From IMG/VR virus record IMGVR_UViG_3300050029_000207, positions 1-58,746 of that record: DNA of 58,746 nt; one strand, given 5' to 3'. Within the stretch, counting starts at the first letter, position 1. The number at the start of each line of letters is the position of its first letter. Below are positions 27,583-37,194 of this stretch, one piece after another. Source of the stretch: a virus (Duplodnaviria > Caudoviricetes). Below the pieces are notes generated by a model, which saw only the letters and a program-made list of their open reading frames with translations, did not search any database and was not told the DNA's origin. Both the position numbers and the translations under genes were made by a program.

Positions 27583-29271
27583 TCAGTTAGTTACGGCAGC
27601 GGGGACGCCGTTTGCGCCCACGCGGGCGAAAATTTGTTCAAGGGTTGGCTCCTGGGCGGCACCTTTGAGGTAGAGCGAGGAGAGGTCGGGGGAGGAGGAT
27701 TTGACGGATTTTCCCGCTTCCGCTTTGTGATATTCAGACATTTCAGAATGGTGCATTTTCTGGCGATTTTTCCTGTCGGAAGGTTCGGTTGTTTTTGACA
27801 CGAAAGTTTTCGCTTCTGAATGTAGGTCTGAGGCAAGTTCGTGGTCTTCTGATCTTCCGCTTGATTCCGCCTCTTTGCTTGCGAGCAGCGCGGCGTGCGT
27901 TACATTCTTTTCACCTTTCCAGCCTGCGTTTTCAAACAGGTGGCGAGAACGCCCTTGCCACCCCTTCTTCGCACCTTCACTGTTGCCCGCCGCCTTCACC
28001 ACCTCCCCATTATAGCACAGCGCATCCACCGCATACACCGTCTTGCGGGCGACTTCCTTGACCTCATCACCGAGGACAACGGAGCCGTCTTCGGCGTCAA
28101 TCAGGAACTCAACACGCTTCATCTTGCTGCCGGCACTGATGACCGCGAACCATTCGTTCTGATCCTCGTCACGGATGATGTCGGCGACGTAGCAGCCGCA
28201 GCAGGGGATGCAACCGGATGGATCGCTGACGCCCTTGAAGCGGCTGTCGGCGCTGGCGGTGGCTTGGACTTTGGACTGGAGGTCGGAAAGGGTTAGCTCG
28301 TCGGCTTGGTGGGCGAGGATGGGGGAGGAGGCCTTCGCCGTATAGCCGGACTGCTTCGACTCATGCTCAGCGGCCATGCTTTCATGGTATCTGGCCTGGT
28401 TGTCGTGCTGATCGAATCTGCTAGACCCCTGTTCGTGAACGGATGCAATTTCTTTGTGATGAGAAGCGGCTTCGGCGTGGGCAACTTTTGCCTTTTCGTG
28501 ATTCGCGTCATTTTGATCCATTGCCGCCGTCGTTGAAAGGGAGTCTGCTGATTGGGTTTTGTCCCAAGCCAAGCGAATCGCCTTCGCGCTATCAACGAAA
28601 TTGGAATCACCTTTTCGGCGACCACTCCCTGGCCCACCCGCCTGAATCCCGTCCTCAATCGCCGCATCCGCCTTCTTGGCCTTCACGGGAGGCATGGCGC
28701 GGAACGCTGGGCGGTTGGTCAGTGCACCCATCACAAAGCTTACACCGACGATGCGGGCGGGGTTGCTCTCGCTTCCCTTGACGCCGTCAGGGAACGTCCA
28801 GTGCTTGTTCTTCTGGCGAGCCTTTGTGTAGTCAGCGTCGGTGGCGAACTCCGGCGACCAGGAACGATAGACCTTACCGTTCACCGCCTCGCTGCCGTAA
28901 CTGGTCGGTTCGGCCGCGACAATCACGCCCTCGTTGCCCTTGATCTCGCCCCAGCTGAACTTGGTCACGCCGGTCGGGAAGCGCAGGGTCGCCTTCTTTG
29001 ACTCGTGATCCTCGTCACCGAACGGCTCCTGGTTCGGCTCGGTGGCCATCAGATGGTCGTAGCTTTCCTGGAGGTCAACCGCCGTCTGTGAATCGTTCTC
29101 AACACAGATGGTTATCGTTTCTCCCTTGCGGAAGCCAGCGGTGATCATGTGCCGACCAGCTGGTGCGTAAATGAAGCTGACGGGCTTGCCCGCCTCCCAC
29201 GGTTGAGAGGTTTGAATCGCCACGCCGTTGCCGGCACGGCATTGAATGAGATTGTCTTGATCGGTTGTCAT
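27583..29271 (-). CDS. Mu gpI-like prohead protease with His-rich extensions
   Basis: DEDHE...YRSWSPEF...GALTNRPAF. Confidence 0.8.
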   Translation of the reverse strand: MTTDQDNLIQCRAGNGVAIQTSQPWEAGKPVSFIYAPAGRHMITAGFRKGETITICVENDSQTAVDLQESYDHLMATEPNQEPFGDEDHESKKATLRFPTGVTKFSWGEIKGNEGVIVAAEPTSYGSEAVNGKVYRSWSPEFATDADYTKARQKNKHWTFPDGVKGSESNPARIVGVSFVMGALTNRPAFRAMPPVKAKKADAAIEDGIQAGGPGSGRRKGDSNFVDSAKAIRLAWDKTQSADSLSTTAAMDQNDANHEKAKVAHAEAASHHKEIASVHEQGSSRFDQHDNQARYHESMAAEHESKQSGYTAKASSPILAHQADELTLSDLQSKVQATASADSRFKGVSDPSGCIPCCGCYVADIIRDEDQNEWFAVISAGSKMKRVEFLIDAEDGSVVLGDEVKEVARKTVYAVDALCYNGEVVKAAGNSEGAKKGWQGRSRHLFENAGWKGEKNVTHAALLASKEAESSGRSEDHELASDLHSEAKTFVSKTTEPSDRKNRQKMHHSEMSEYHKAEAGKSVKSSSPDLSSLYLKGAAQEPTLEQIFARVGANGVPAAVTN

Positions 29272-29277
29272 AATCGT

Positions 29278-30129
29278 TTAATCCTTGTGCGAACCACCGC
29301 GCCAGTCACGGTTGGGGTGGCTTTCCTTCCAGAAAGGTTTCTTCGGCTCATTCTTGAGCTTCTCAGCGTTGATGTGAGCGGCGGCGGATTCGTGACCCGA
29401 CATCGCATCCTTGTGGTCAGCGGCGTGTTCGCTCTTGTTGTCAGCGTTGAAATGCTTGATATGCGCAGAGAGGTGAGCCGCCCGCGCCTTCATGTGGTCG
29501 AATGCGGAACCGCTGGCGGCAGCCTTGTCGCTCAAGGAATACGCCTTCTTAGACGCCTCGTGTGCCGAGAACTCTTCAGGTGTGCGAGCCGAATGCATGG
29601 CAGTGTCGTGCTCGGAAATCTTGGCGGCAAGGTGAGAAGGGTCAGCCATCTTGGCACGGCGAGATTCCCAAGACTTCGCAACGCCTTCACTCGTTCCAGC
29701 ACACTTGATGAATACCGGCTCGTCGCCCCGAACAGCGATCTGGCGGTAGGTGGCGAGGAGACTGTTTGAGGATTTGAGGGTGGAGAATGCCTTCACTTCC
29801 GGCTTGCCGAGCGTGTAATGGTGCGCCTCGAACACCTTTCCGCTTCGGGTGTTTTTCACGGTCGCGGTCGGGATGTGAGAAAAGGCACCTTCATACATCC
29901 TACCACGGTTGTCGGTATGCGTGACCTTGTCGGCATTGCTGTGCGGATTTACGACTTCAACCTCGAACATTCCGGAGGTTGAGCCGTCGGCGGATTTGCC
30001 TTCGAACTTAACCTTCTGGCCAGATTCGTATTTGGCGGCATTCTTGTTTCCGCGTGGCGCACCGGCCTGAATCTCCCCGCGACAACTACGCGCAACCTGT
30101 TCCGCTTTCAATTCAGCGAATGTCTTCAT
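29278..30129 (-). CDS. putative internal head protein
   Basis: QAGAPRGNKNAAK, AGTSEGVAKSWESR, periodic His helices. Confidence 0.6.
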   Translation of the reverse strand: MKTFAELKAEQVARSCRGEIQAGAPRGNKNAAKYESGQKVKFEGKSADGSTSGMFEVEVVNPHSNADKVTHTDNRGRMYEGAFSHIPTATVKNTRSGKVFEAHHYTLGKPEVKAFSTLKSSNSLLATYRQIAVRGDEPVFIKCAGTSEGVAKSWESRRAKMADPSHLAAKISEHDTAMHSARTPEEFSAHEASKKAYSLSDKAAASGSAFDHMKARAAHLSAHIKHFNADNKSEHAADHKDAMSGHESAAAHINAEKLKNEPKKPFWKESHPNRDWRGGSHKD

Positions 30130-31808
30130 CGGAGTCCCCCAATCTTATCCAGTGCGGATTTCAGCGCGGTCAGTTCGCCGTTACGGTGGGGAGCCTTCTC
30201 CGCCGCCGTTACAAGGTGATCCAGGGCGTCGAGTTCAACCGGCGAGGCTTTGCCCAGGGTTGCTCGCACGGATGACGCCTTAGCCGTCCCAGGCTCCGGC
30301 GCTCCGCCTTGCAGTTCCTGCTGAACCTTTGCGACCTCAACCTGCTGATTGACCTGCTGCTCGAAGTCTTTATCCTTCTGCTCGGTCGGCGTAATGGCCT
30401 CCTCAAGGATGACCGGCGTGCCGCGAATGAGAACCTCGTCACCCGGTTCCGGAATGGGGAATGCAAGCTTCCCGTAAACTTCCTTCTTAGGAAGCGGCAG
30501 GGTGGAATTGCTTACGGCGGCGAGGAAGGTGCACTGCTCCTGGGTTGTGAGCGGGCGGGTTGTGTCCGGCAGAACGGTTGGCCGCTCGCTGGACTCGCCG
30601 TAGTTCTCGATCAGGAGGCTCTCAGCCAACTGCTCGGTGTAAATGCGGGCGATCCACTTCTGCAGACCTTCAACCTTCTTGTCGAGGACGTTCTCGTGAA
30701 CCTCGCCCTGCGCTCGCGTGCCGCCATTGACCGGAGCCTGCGAGGTCAAGGTTTGACCGAGGTAAATCTTCTGGCAGAACTCATCAGCCATCCGGCGCAG
30801 CTGGACGTGAGCGGATTCTCCGCCCATGCCTTGGGCTGGGTGTGCGTTGATGGTGCCGGTGTCCGGGTGAACACTGTAACCGGAATTGATGGCCTGTTTG
30901 GCGGCGGCGACGAACTTGTTGACCTCGCTCTGATCAATTCCAGCCTGATAAGCGATGTCAAGAAACGGATTGCCATACTTCTGGCTGTAGGCTACCATGA
31001 AGTCCCAGCCGTAAGTGACCGCGCACCAGATGATCGCCAAGGAGCGAGCTAAACCGGCACCGAGACAGGTGCCGCTCTTGGACTTATATTTGGCAACGAT
31101 GAACTTGGAGGGATTGTTCAGGACGGGAATGTTCGCGGCCTGTTGCGGGAACGCGGGATTCTCGGCGGCGGCTTCACTGGCCGCAACGCCAACGGAGCCA
31201 TCAGCGGCGAAATTGTAATGGCGCGGATGAACCCAGCCAGTGGCGCGGATCTTCTTCTCGGGACGGCCTTCAGGGTCTTGCGCGTTCTCGTCCCACATCA
31301 ACTCACTGATGCTGACGCCGAGGCTGATGGCGTCCGTCATGTCAAACGATAGGCCGTATTGACCCTCCTCTTCGGCGAAACGGTCAGGCTTGAAGGAATC
31401 AATCGCCCGCTGAACGAGGTCAGCTTTCTCCTTGGCGGTGTCGGTCGGCTCCTGATTCGGCAGGCAGTAGGGGTGGGCGACAAGCTCAACCGAGGCGACT
31501 GAGGAGCGAAGTTCGAGTTCAACCTTGCGAAATTCCGGCCACGTATCCCGCATCTTGCAAACCAGCTGATGCAACTGCCAGAGATTGCCGCTCAACGCCA
31601 TCCGGAGCATTGATTCTACCTGACGCGGTGGGATTTTCCCGGGGAGTGTGAGATAAAAATCTCCCAATGGATCCGCATCAACAATGCGATTCGGCAATTG
31701 CTCACCGGCTGGAACCGTTCTCGCGGGGGAAGCTGCGGAAACCTCTCCGGATGCCTTCGCAAACGGAGACTGAAGGGTGATACCTGTAAAGGGAATCTTC
31801 AATTTCAA
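30126..31808 (-). CDS. portal protein (Mu gp29/DUF935-like); probable TTG start
   Basis: DAISLGVSISELMW, YSQKYGNPF, YLGQTLTS...GTRAQGEVH. Confidence 0.85.
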   Translation of the reverse strand: MKLKIPFTGITLQSPFAKASGEVSAASPARTVPAGEQLPNRIVDADPLGDFYLTLPGKIPPRQVESMLRMALSGNLWQLHQLVCKMRDTWPEFRKVELELRSSVASVELVAHPYCLPNQEPTDTAKEKADLVQRAIDSFKPDRFAEEEGQYGLSFDMTDAISLGVSISELMWDENAQDPEGRPEKKIRATGWVHPRHYNFAADGSVGVAASEAAAENPAFPQQAANIPVLNNPSKFIVAKYKSKSGTCLGAGLARSLAIIWCAVTYGWDFMVAYSQKYGNPFLDIAYQAGIDQSEVNKFVAAAKQAINSGYSVHPDTGTINAHPAQGMGGESAHVQLRRMADEFCQKIYLGQTLTSQAPVNGGTRAQGEVHENVLDKKVEGLQKWIARIYTEQLAESLLIENYGESSERPTVLPDTTRPLTTQEQCTFLAAVSNSTLPLPKKEVYGKLAFPIPEPGDEVLIRGTPVILEEAITPTEQKDKDFEQQVNQQVEVAKVQQELQGGAPEPGTAKASSVRATLGKASPVELDALDHLVTAAEKAPHRNGELTALKSALDKIGGLR

Positions 31809-31910
31809 CGGCAACCTTCGCGCGGAATTGAGATGCAGGAAAGGGATTTCAAACACTTCATTCCACTTTATTCCCTTTTCTTTTTCAAGCCAATGAGGCA
31901 AAATTAACCC

Positions 31911-32102
31911 ATGGCAAACTACGCAAAGAAAGAACTGCCGCAAGAAAGGGAGAAACTAACCGACCAGCTGTGCCTCCCTTGCCGGCCTTCGGAGATGAAG
32001 CTCTGGCGCAAGGCATTCGTTCGGGAATGCGAAGACGTTCTGTCTAGGCGCGTGCGTGGGATATTGAACTCGGAAGCGGAGCGAATAATCAGGGAGGAAT
32101 AA
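31911..32102 (+). CDS. small putative DNA-binding protein, lone plus-strand gene in the late arm
   Basis: 63 aa; ribbon-helix-helix-like pattern ending LSRRVRGILNSEA. Confidence 0.5.
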   Translation: MANYAKKELPQEREKLTDQLCLPCRPSEMKLWRKAFVRECEDVLSRRVRGILNSEAERIIREE

Positions 32103-33082
32103 TTTTGAAGATTTAGCTTGCCTTTTCTGCGTTAATGAGCGAAGGTTTAGGCACGATGCATAAAACACGAGCAAACAATCGGCTGACTTTCCTTTCAGGA
32201 AGTTGGCTAACTCGTCAAGCTGCATCGCAACACTTGATAACGCCGGTCGGGGATAAAACCTTGACCGGCGTAGTTATTTCCCCGCTTCGGTCATTCGCCT
32301 TAAAGTCGAGCCGAAGCCTTCCGTCAACAAAACTCCACACGAGCGGTGATAACAGGACGCGGCGGTGTGGTTTTACTTCTGGTAGCCGGGACTGCGAAAC
32401 CAGACACGTGGGTGCGAAAGACCAGAGCGTGAGCAGAGCGATTGCATCAAAATCGAAATAGTCTAGTCAATCTCCTGAGCCTGATGCGGCATCAGGGGAG
32501 CCTGAAGCGAAGCGACCGACGCGACGTCTGATGTCCTTTGTAAGCAGAGCGAGAAGCACGGCACCTAGGGGTGCTATGCCAATCGCTCGCTCACTCTGCT
32601 CTTTCTGATGTCTCCCTCAAAGGGGAAGGGGAAAGAAGAAAGGGCAGGGGAAGGGACTGGGTGTCACACTGACCTCGTCCTCACCTGCAACTTCCTGAAA
32701 TGCTCTGAATCGAGGCTGATAGCGTCCAGCCAGATAGCGCTTTGCCGGCGATCCTTTTGGCTGTCGTATTCGAAGAATCTGTTTTTACGCGTGGCGGATT
32801 TTGACTTGAATGATCTACTCACGGGCCAATTATGCCCGGGAACTGGCGAAAAGGAAACAGGGGTGAACACCCCTCAAGATAAAGCTTGCTTTACCGCCGC
32901 TTCTTTCCACTTTTCTGATACTTAGCGATAAGGAAGTCCGTCAGATTCTTCCCCATCACCGCGTGCCGCTCATTCCAGCTTGAACGGATGCGCAGGAAGC
33001 GGTATTCGTAGAAGCTCTTGACGTGAAACCTTGCGTCGTGCTCTGCGTTTTGCTCTGGAGATGTCAGTGTCGAGGTTTTCGC

Positions 33083-33247
33083 TCATAGCATCCTTACAAG
33101 AATCAGGATGCTAACCGCAATCACAATAAGGACAAGCAGCCAGGAGGCTGGGAACCTACCGGAACCACGCTTCACACCTGTCGGCTCCGGGTCATAATGG
33201 AATCCGGTTTCGTCTTCGTGTCCGTATGGGATGCGTGGTGTTTTCAT
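33083..33247 (-). CDS. small membrane protein (54 aa)
   Basis: MKTPRIPYG...WLLVLIVIAVSILILVRML; tightly packed with neighbours. Confidence 0.55.
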   Translation of the reverse strand: MKTPRIPYGHEDETGFHYDPEPTGVKRGSGRFPASWLLVLIVIAVSILILVRML

Positions 33248-33249
33248 AA

Positions 33250-33450
33250 TCATAGCTTTGGGCCTTGCTTACCTGGAACTTCCCGGAACATCTTTGAGAA
33301 GTCAGACTTGTGAAAGATTCCAGTCACCCACCCTTTTCCCCACTCAGTCATCAGTGGTGCCGGAACAGTAATGACATCGTCTCCGTCAACGAATACCGTG
33401 AATCTCGCTCCGGTCTTTATGTCGGCAAATTTCTGACTGAGCATTTTCAT
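33250..33450 (-). CDS. hypothetical protein
   Basis: ATGA overlap with terminase stop. Confidence 0.55.
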   Translation of the reverse strand: MKMLSQKFADIKTGARFTVFVDGDDVITVPAPLMTEWGKGWVTGIFHKSDFSKMFREVPGKQGPKL

Positions 33451-34781
33451 AATCCTAATTCCTCCGGCGATAGCCAGTCCGGCACCCAAAGGTCAGTTGG
33501 CGCAGCCTCGACTGACGACGAGCCGCTGAAGCCAGCCGCCGACGCAAACCCGGTGAAGTTCATCTTCTTGGCGACGTAGTAGCGAAGAGCGTCCATTGCG
33601 TGATCGTTTTCCTTGATCGGCTCATCCTTCTCGGGCTTCCACACGTAACTTTCCATTTCATTAATCACCTCAACGCACGAGGGATCAATCGTCAACCGAG
33701 GTTTTCCGTCTCCTTGAACCTTGAGCCGGTTCTGAATGGCCGCAACACCGTCCAGGATGATGTGCTTGCCAGTGCTCTCCGGCGTGCGCCCCTTGGCTCC
33801 CTGCGCGTTCAAGCCGCGTGCCCGCAGGTCGGCTATCAGACCCGCTGCGGCCTCGTCCACGGCCAGCAGCGGGCTGCCAATTGACCGCGCCCAGTCCTCG
33901 GCGATGTTTACGAAATCTTCTGGCCGAACACCGCGCTTGTAAAACTCCCGGAATACATGCAGCCGACCATCGCTGTCCTCGCCGATCTCCAGGATCACCG
34001 CCGGATTAGTAAAGCCTTCATCAATCGCCAGGCCAAACTCCCTGAACTCGCTACGCGGACGCTCTAGAACATGAATGGAGGGGCTAAACGTATCGTAAAC
34101 GGCACCTTCGGCGGTCGCCCATTGACCGTAAAGGAGGCGTTGGCGGCGGACGCCGGTCAGCATCTTGTCGGCCATATCCATACGGCGCACGCCTTCCGGG
34201 GTCATGCTGCCGGCGTCGTCGTAAAGTTCTGGGTTATCCTTCTGGCTGCCGGTGATGAGCTTGAGGGATTTACGGCTGCGGATCCAATGGCGTGAGGAGG
34301 AAGGATTGCAGCAAGAATATATTTGAGGGTGTTTAAAAACACTTCCGCGACCAGTGACGCGTGACGCCATCATCTCCCATTGGCTCTCTTTTAATTCCTC
34401 CGCCTGGCACGCGTGAATTACAGACCATTCGGAAGACAGTAGCTTTTCCGGCTTGTCGGCACCAATCAGAACGATCTCAGATCCGTTCCTGAAAACGTAA
34501 CGGTCAACCTTGCTTCCGCCGAGCTTCTGAATCCCAAGCCCTGCCGTAACGCGGTCGAAAGTCTTTACAACGCTGTCCTGAAGGCTTGCGTATGTAGCCC
34601 TCACCATTGCGATGTGGCAGCCCGCAACCTGGGTTGCGATGATTGCCGTCTTGTAGCAAAGAGCAACCGTCTTTCCTGTGTCGGCTGGCGAGCAAAGAAT
34701 CATCTCATGTGACTTTTCACGAATCGCAGCCAGGTTTGCCCCCCTGAAGCGCAACCTGCTGATTGGGGGGAGATTGCTCAC
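33447..34781 (-). CDS. terL: terminase large subunit (PBSX-like)
   Basis: SPADTGKT Walker A, CCNPSS..HWI, LAIDEGFTNP, NDHAMDALRY. Confidence 0.92.
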   Translation of the reverse strand: MSNLPPISRLRFRGANLAAIREKSHEMILCSPADTGKTVALCYKTAIIATQVAGCHIAMVRATYASLQDSVVKTFDRVTAGLGIQKLGGSKVDRYVFRNGSEIVLIGADKPEKLLSSEWSVIHACQAEELKESQWEMMASRVTGRGSVFKHPQIYSCCNPSSSRHWIRSRKSLKLITGSQKDNPELYDDAGSMTPEGVRRMDMADKMLTGVRRQRLLYGQWATAEGAVYDTFSPSIHVLERPRSEFREFGLAIDEGFTNPAVILEIGEDSDGRLHVFREFYKRGVRPEDFVNIAEDWARSIGSPLLAVDEAAAGLIADLRARGLNAQGAKGRTPESTGKHIILDGVAAIQNRLKVQGDGKPRLTIDPSCVEVINEMESYVWKPEKDEPIKENDHAMDALRYYVAKKMNFTGFASAAGFSGSSSVEAAPTDLWVPDWLSPEELGL

Positions 34782-35104
34782 GTCAAAAATCTCGGGTTAA
34801 GCTTGAAGCATTTTCGTATATTGGCTTTAAACACCCTGTAAATTTCAGTGTCCCAAAATCCTTCCGGTGCCGGAATGAACGATATTTCAACCTTGAACCA
34901 GGTGTTTTCAGGAACGAATCTCTTTTTAGGGAAGAACATCATTTGATTTATTTGGCTTTCATTTTTAACGGCGACTTTTCGGCTTGTCAGTAACCCAAAT
35001 CAGTAAAACAACCGTTATCACGAACGCAACGTAGATCGCGGCAATGGTTGATATTGCAATCGCCAGCGCGATCAAGACAGCGGAAGCAATCAGCACAAGC
35101 GTAA

Positions 35105-35296
35105 TCATTTCAGTCTCGCAATTATCTCCGCCTCGCGACAAGGCCAGGGAAGATGAGTTCCGTAAAGCCAGTCAGCGAAAGTCCTGACCGGGACACGCAG
35201 CCTTTCCGCTGCTTGATCGTTGGTGATATTGTTCTGGAACTTCCAGTTCCTCAGATTTTGAGGAAGGTTTGATTTGCGCGATGTTTTCTTGCTCAT
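35105..35296 (-). CDS. XRE-like HTH protein
   Basis: ITNDQAAERLRVPVRTFADWLYGTHLP. Confidence 0.75.
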   Translation of the reverse strand: MSKKTSRKSNLPQNLRNWKFQNNITNDQAAERLRVPVRTFADWLYGTHLPWPCREAEIIARLK

Positions 35297-35495
35297 TTGA
35301 TTGGCGCGGTCAGAATTAGCCGGTAGAAACCGTTCCTGGTAAGAACCTCCACCCTCGGTATGTGGAACTCGCCAGCAATTGACCGCCGGCAATACTCGAG
35401 GTATTCCCTGCCGCTCACCGTGCGCTGATTGGCCTTGTCAACACTGCGTGGCAGCCGCTTTGGAGGCTCGGCTACGGCGCATGGGTTGCTGCGGC

Positions 35496-35900
35496 TCATT
35501 TCTTCCCCGTGACATCTTCAGGGTTTACAGTCAATGGAACGAACTGAAGCGGAGATCCCTCCATGCCACCGATTTGACTCTGTCGTGGAGCACTATAGCC
35601 AGCAATCTCACGCAATGACTGCTCGGCCTTCAGGCGAATCATGGGTGAGGGGGACTTCAGGAGGTCGAGCAATACCGCTTGGCCCATTGCCTTGTAATCC
35701 TCGGGCGGCATATTCACCCGCTTCTTGTTTATGGCCCTCGCGCGAAGCGCATATGCACCGATCCTGGACCAATGCACGCTCCATTTCGGGCAAAACTCCT
35801 TGTGAAGCTCGAACTCAGAAGCCATCGGGAAGCGTAAAAGGTAGTCGGCTACCTCAAGCTCGCGCTCGTTGACCTCCTGCCTGGTGGAACGCTTACCCAC
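35496..35900 (-). CDS. putative terminase small subunit
   Basis: upstream of terL; RLKAEQSL..IAGYSAP and IGGMEGSPLQF C-terminal pattern. Confidence 0.55.
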   Translation of the reverse strand: MGKRSTRQEVNERELEVADYLLRFPMASEFELHKEFCPKWSVHWSRIGAYALRARAINKKRVNMPPEDYKAMGQAVLLDLLKSPSPMIRLKAEQSLREIAGYSAPRQSQIGGMEGSPLQFVPLTVNPEDVTGKK

Positions 35901-36243
35901 GGATTCCTTTCCGCTGCGTCAGGTTCTCTATCACCGCAGTTCCGCCGCCACACGTGTTAGAAACGTAAGCCAGGATACACCAGTCGCCAACCTTGACGTT
36001 TCCAAGATTGTCACGGACAAGGTCGCCGGTTGCATTCTGGTGCGTTTGTAGGCGAGGCGCTGCGTCAACCTCTGGCGTAACGAAAACTGCGCACCCACTT
36101 GCGGGCTTCGCGATGCAATAAGCTCGCGGACGAATATGGCTCACATCCTTCGCGCCTGGAAGCTTCAGCGCGGCCTTGCGTATTCTTGAGAACTCAGCTT
36201 TCGTGTATGCGCTCATTGCAATTGCAGGTAAATTATGCCTCAT
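35893..36243 (-). CDS. hypothetical protein
   Basis: ORF tiling with neighbours. Confidence 0.5.
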   Translation of the reverse strand: MRHNLPAIAMSAYTKAEFSRIRKAALKLPGAKDVSHIRPRAYCIAKPASGCAVFVTPEVDAAPRLQTHQNATGDLVRDNLGNVKVGDWCILAYVSNTCGGGTAVIENLTQRKGIRG

Positions 36244-36262
36244 TTTGTTGAAAAAGAAAAGT

Positions 36263-36541
36263 TTATTCTTTGATCCTCAAAATCGCCACCATATTTGCCT
36301 TCCACCTGACATTACCGACGGCGTCGCTTTTCGTCGGGCAATATCGGTCAGCCAGAAAGTAGATGAATGCGCGATCGCAATGGTCGTAATGATAATCCTT
36401 CATCGCGTGCTTGACTGTATTCAGGCAGGCTTGCCGAGGGGTTGTTTCCTGGAACTTCCTAAGGATTCCATATGGGTGGCGGGTCTTGGTGCCGCCTTCC
36501 GTTCTGAAGATCGCGTCGGCTATGTTATCAACGGTGATCAC
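36263..36541 (-). CDS. minimal lysozyme/transglycosylase-like protein
   Basis: IADAIFRTEGG...PYGI...FLADRYCP...WKANM. Confidence 0.55.
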   Translation of the reverse strand: MITVDNIADAIFRTEGGTKTRHPYGILRKFQETTPRQACLNTVKHAMKDYHYDHCDRAFIYFLADRYCPTKSDAVGNVRWKANMVAILRIKE

Positions 36542-36915
36542 GGGTTGTTCAGTGCGGCGATTGCCGCCTTAAGCCGACCTGTTTCGGCGCTGATATTCCC
36601 CTCCGTCGCGACGAACGACAGGTGAATCTCGACGCCTTTCCTGACAAGAATTGTCGCCGAGGCGATTGGTGTAATTGTGACCGGGGTCTTCCCGTGCGCG
36701 ACAAGCGCCCAGACCCGCGAACGCATAACGGTTGATTGGCTCCCCTTGATTGCTGCCGACAACTTGCGCCGGAAATGCTTCTGCATTCCGGCCATTTCGG
36801 CGTCAAGGAGTTCTTCAATTTTATCGCGGCGGCGATTGCAGGTTTCGCGATCCGCGCTGGCTGCGGAATAGTGCGCGCACAAGCGGTCAACTTCGGGCTG
36901 ATTGATCTTGCTCAT
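36538..36915 (-). CDS. hypothetical protein
   Basis: overlapping start/stop on both sides. Confidence 0.55.
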   Translation of the reverse strand: MSKINQPEVDRLCAHYSAASADRETCNRRRDKIEELLDAEMAGMQKHFRRKLSAAIKGSQSTVMRSRVWALVAHGKTPVTITPIASATILVRKGVEIHLSFVATEGNISAETGRLKAAIAALNNP

Positions 36916-37190
36916 AAATTTGCGTGGTATTTGCCATCTTTAGTCCGCAACACCGTTGTCACATTAACACCGTATTTCTTGGCCAGTGCCGTTGCGGACT
37001 TGTAGCCGTCACAGTTCTTGCGGATGTCAGCGACCGCCTTCGCGTTCAGCTTGCGCGCCTTGATGAATGACCGCATCATCGGTGCCTGAACCTCGCGCAG
37101 GTGCTTCATGCGCTTCTTGGTCATGCGGCTGCCGATTATTGACATGGCCTTGCTGAGTAGTTCTTTTTCGTTCTTGACGGTGATGCTCAT
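36912..37190 (-). CDS. HTH DNA-binding protein
   Basis: KLNAKAVADIR...SATALAKKYGVNVTTVLR. Confidence 0.7.
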   Translation of the reverse strand: MSITVKNEKELLSKAMSIIGSRMTKKRMKHLREVQAPMMRSFIKARKLNAKAVADIRKNCDGYKSATALAKKYGVNVTTVLRTKDGKYHANL

Positions 37191-37194
37191 AGTT

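Noticed and set aside
21556-31808. Transposable Mu-like phage
   Set aside because: Only head and neck genes are Mu-like; no MuA/MuB, and the genome is circular with its own replisome
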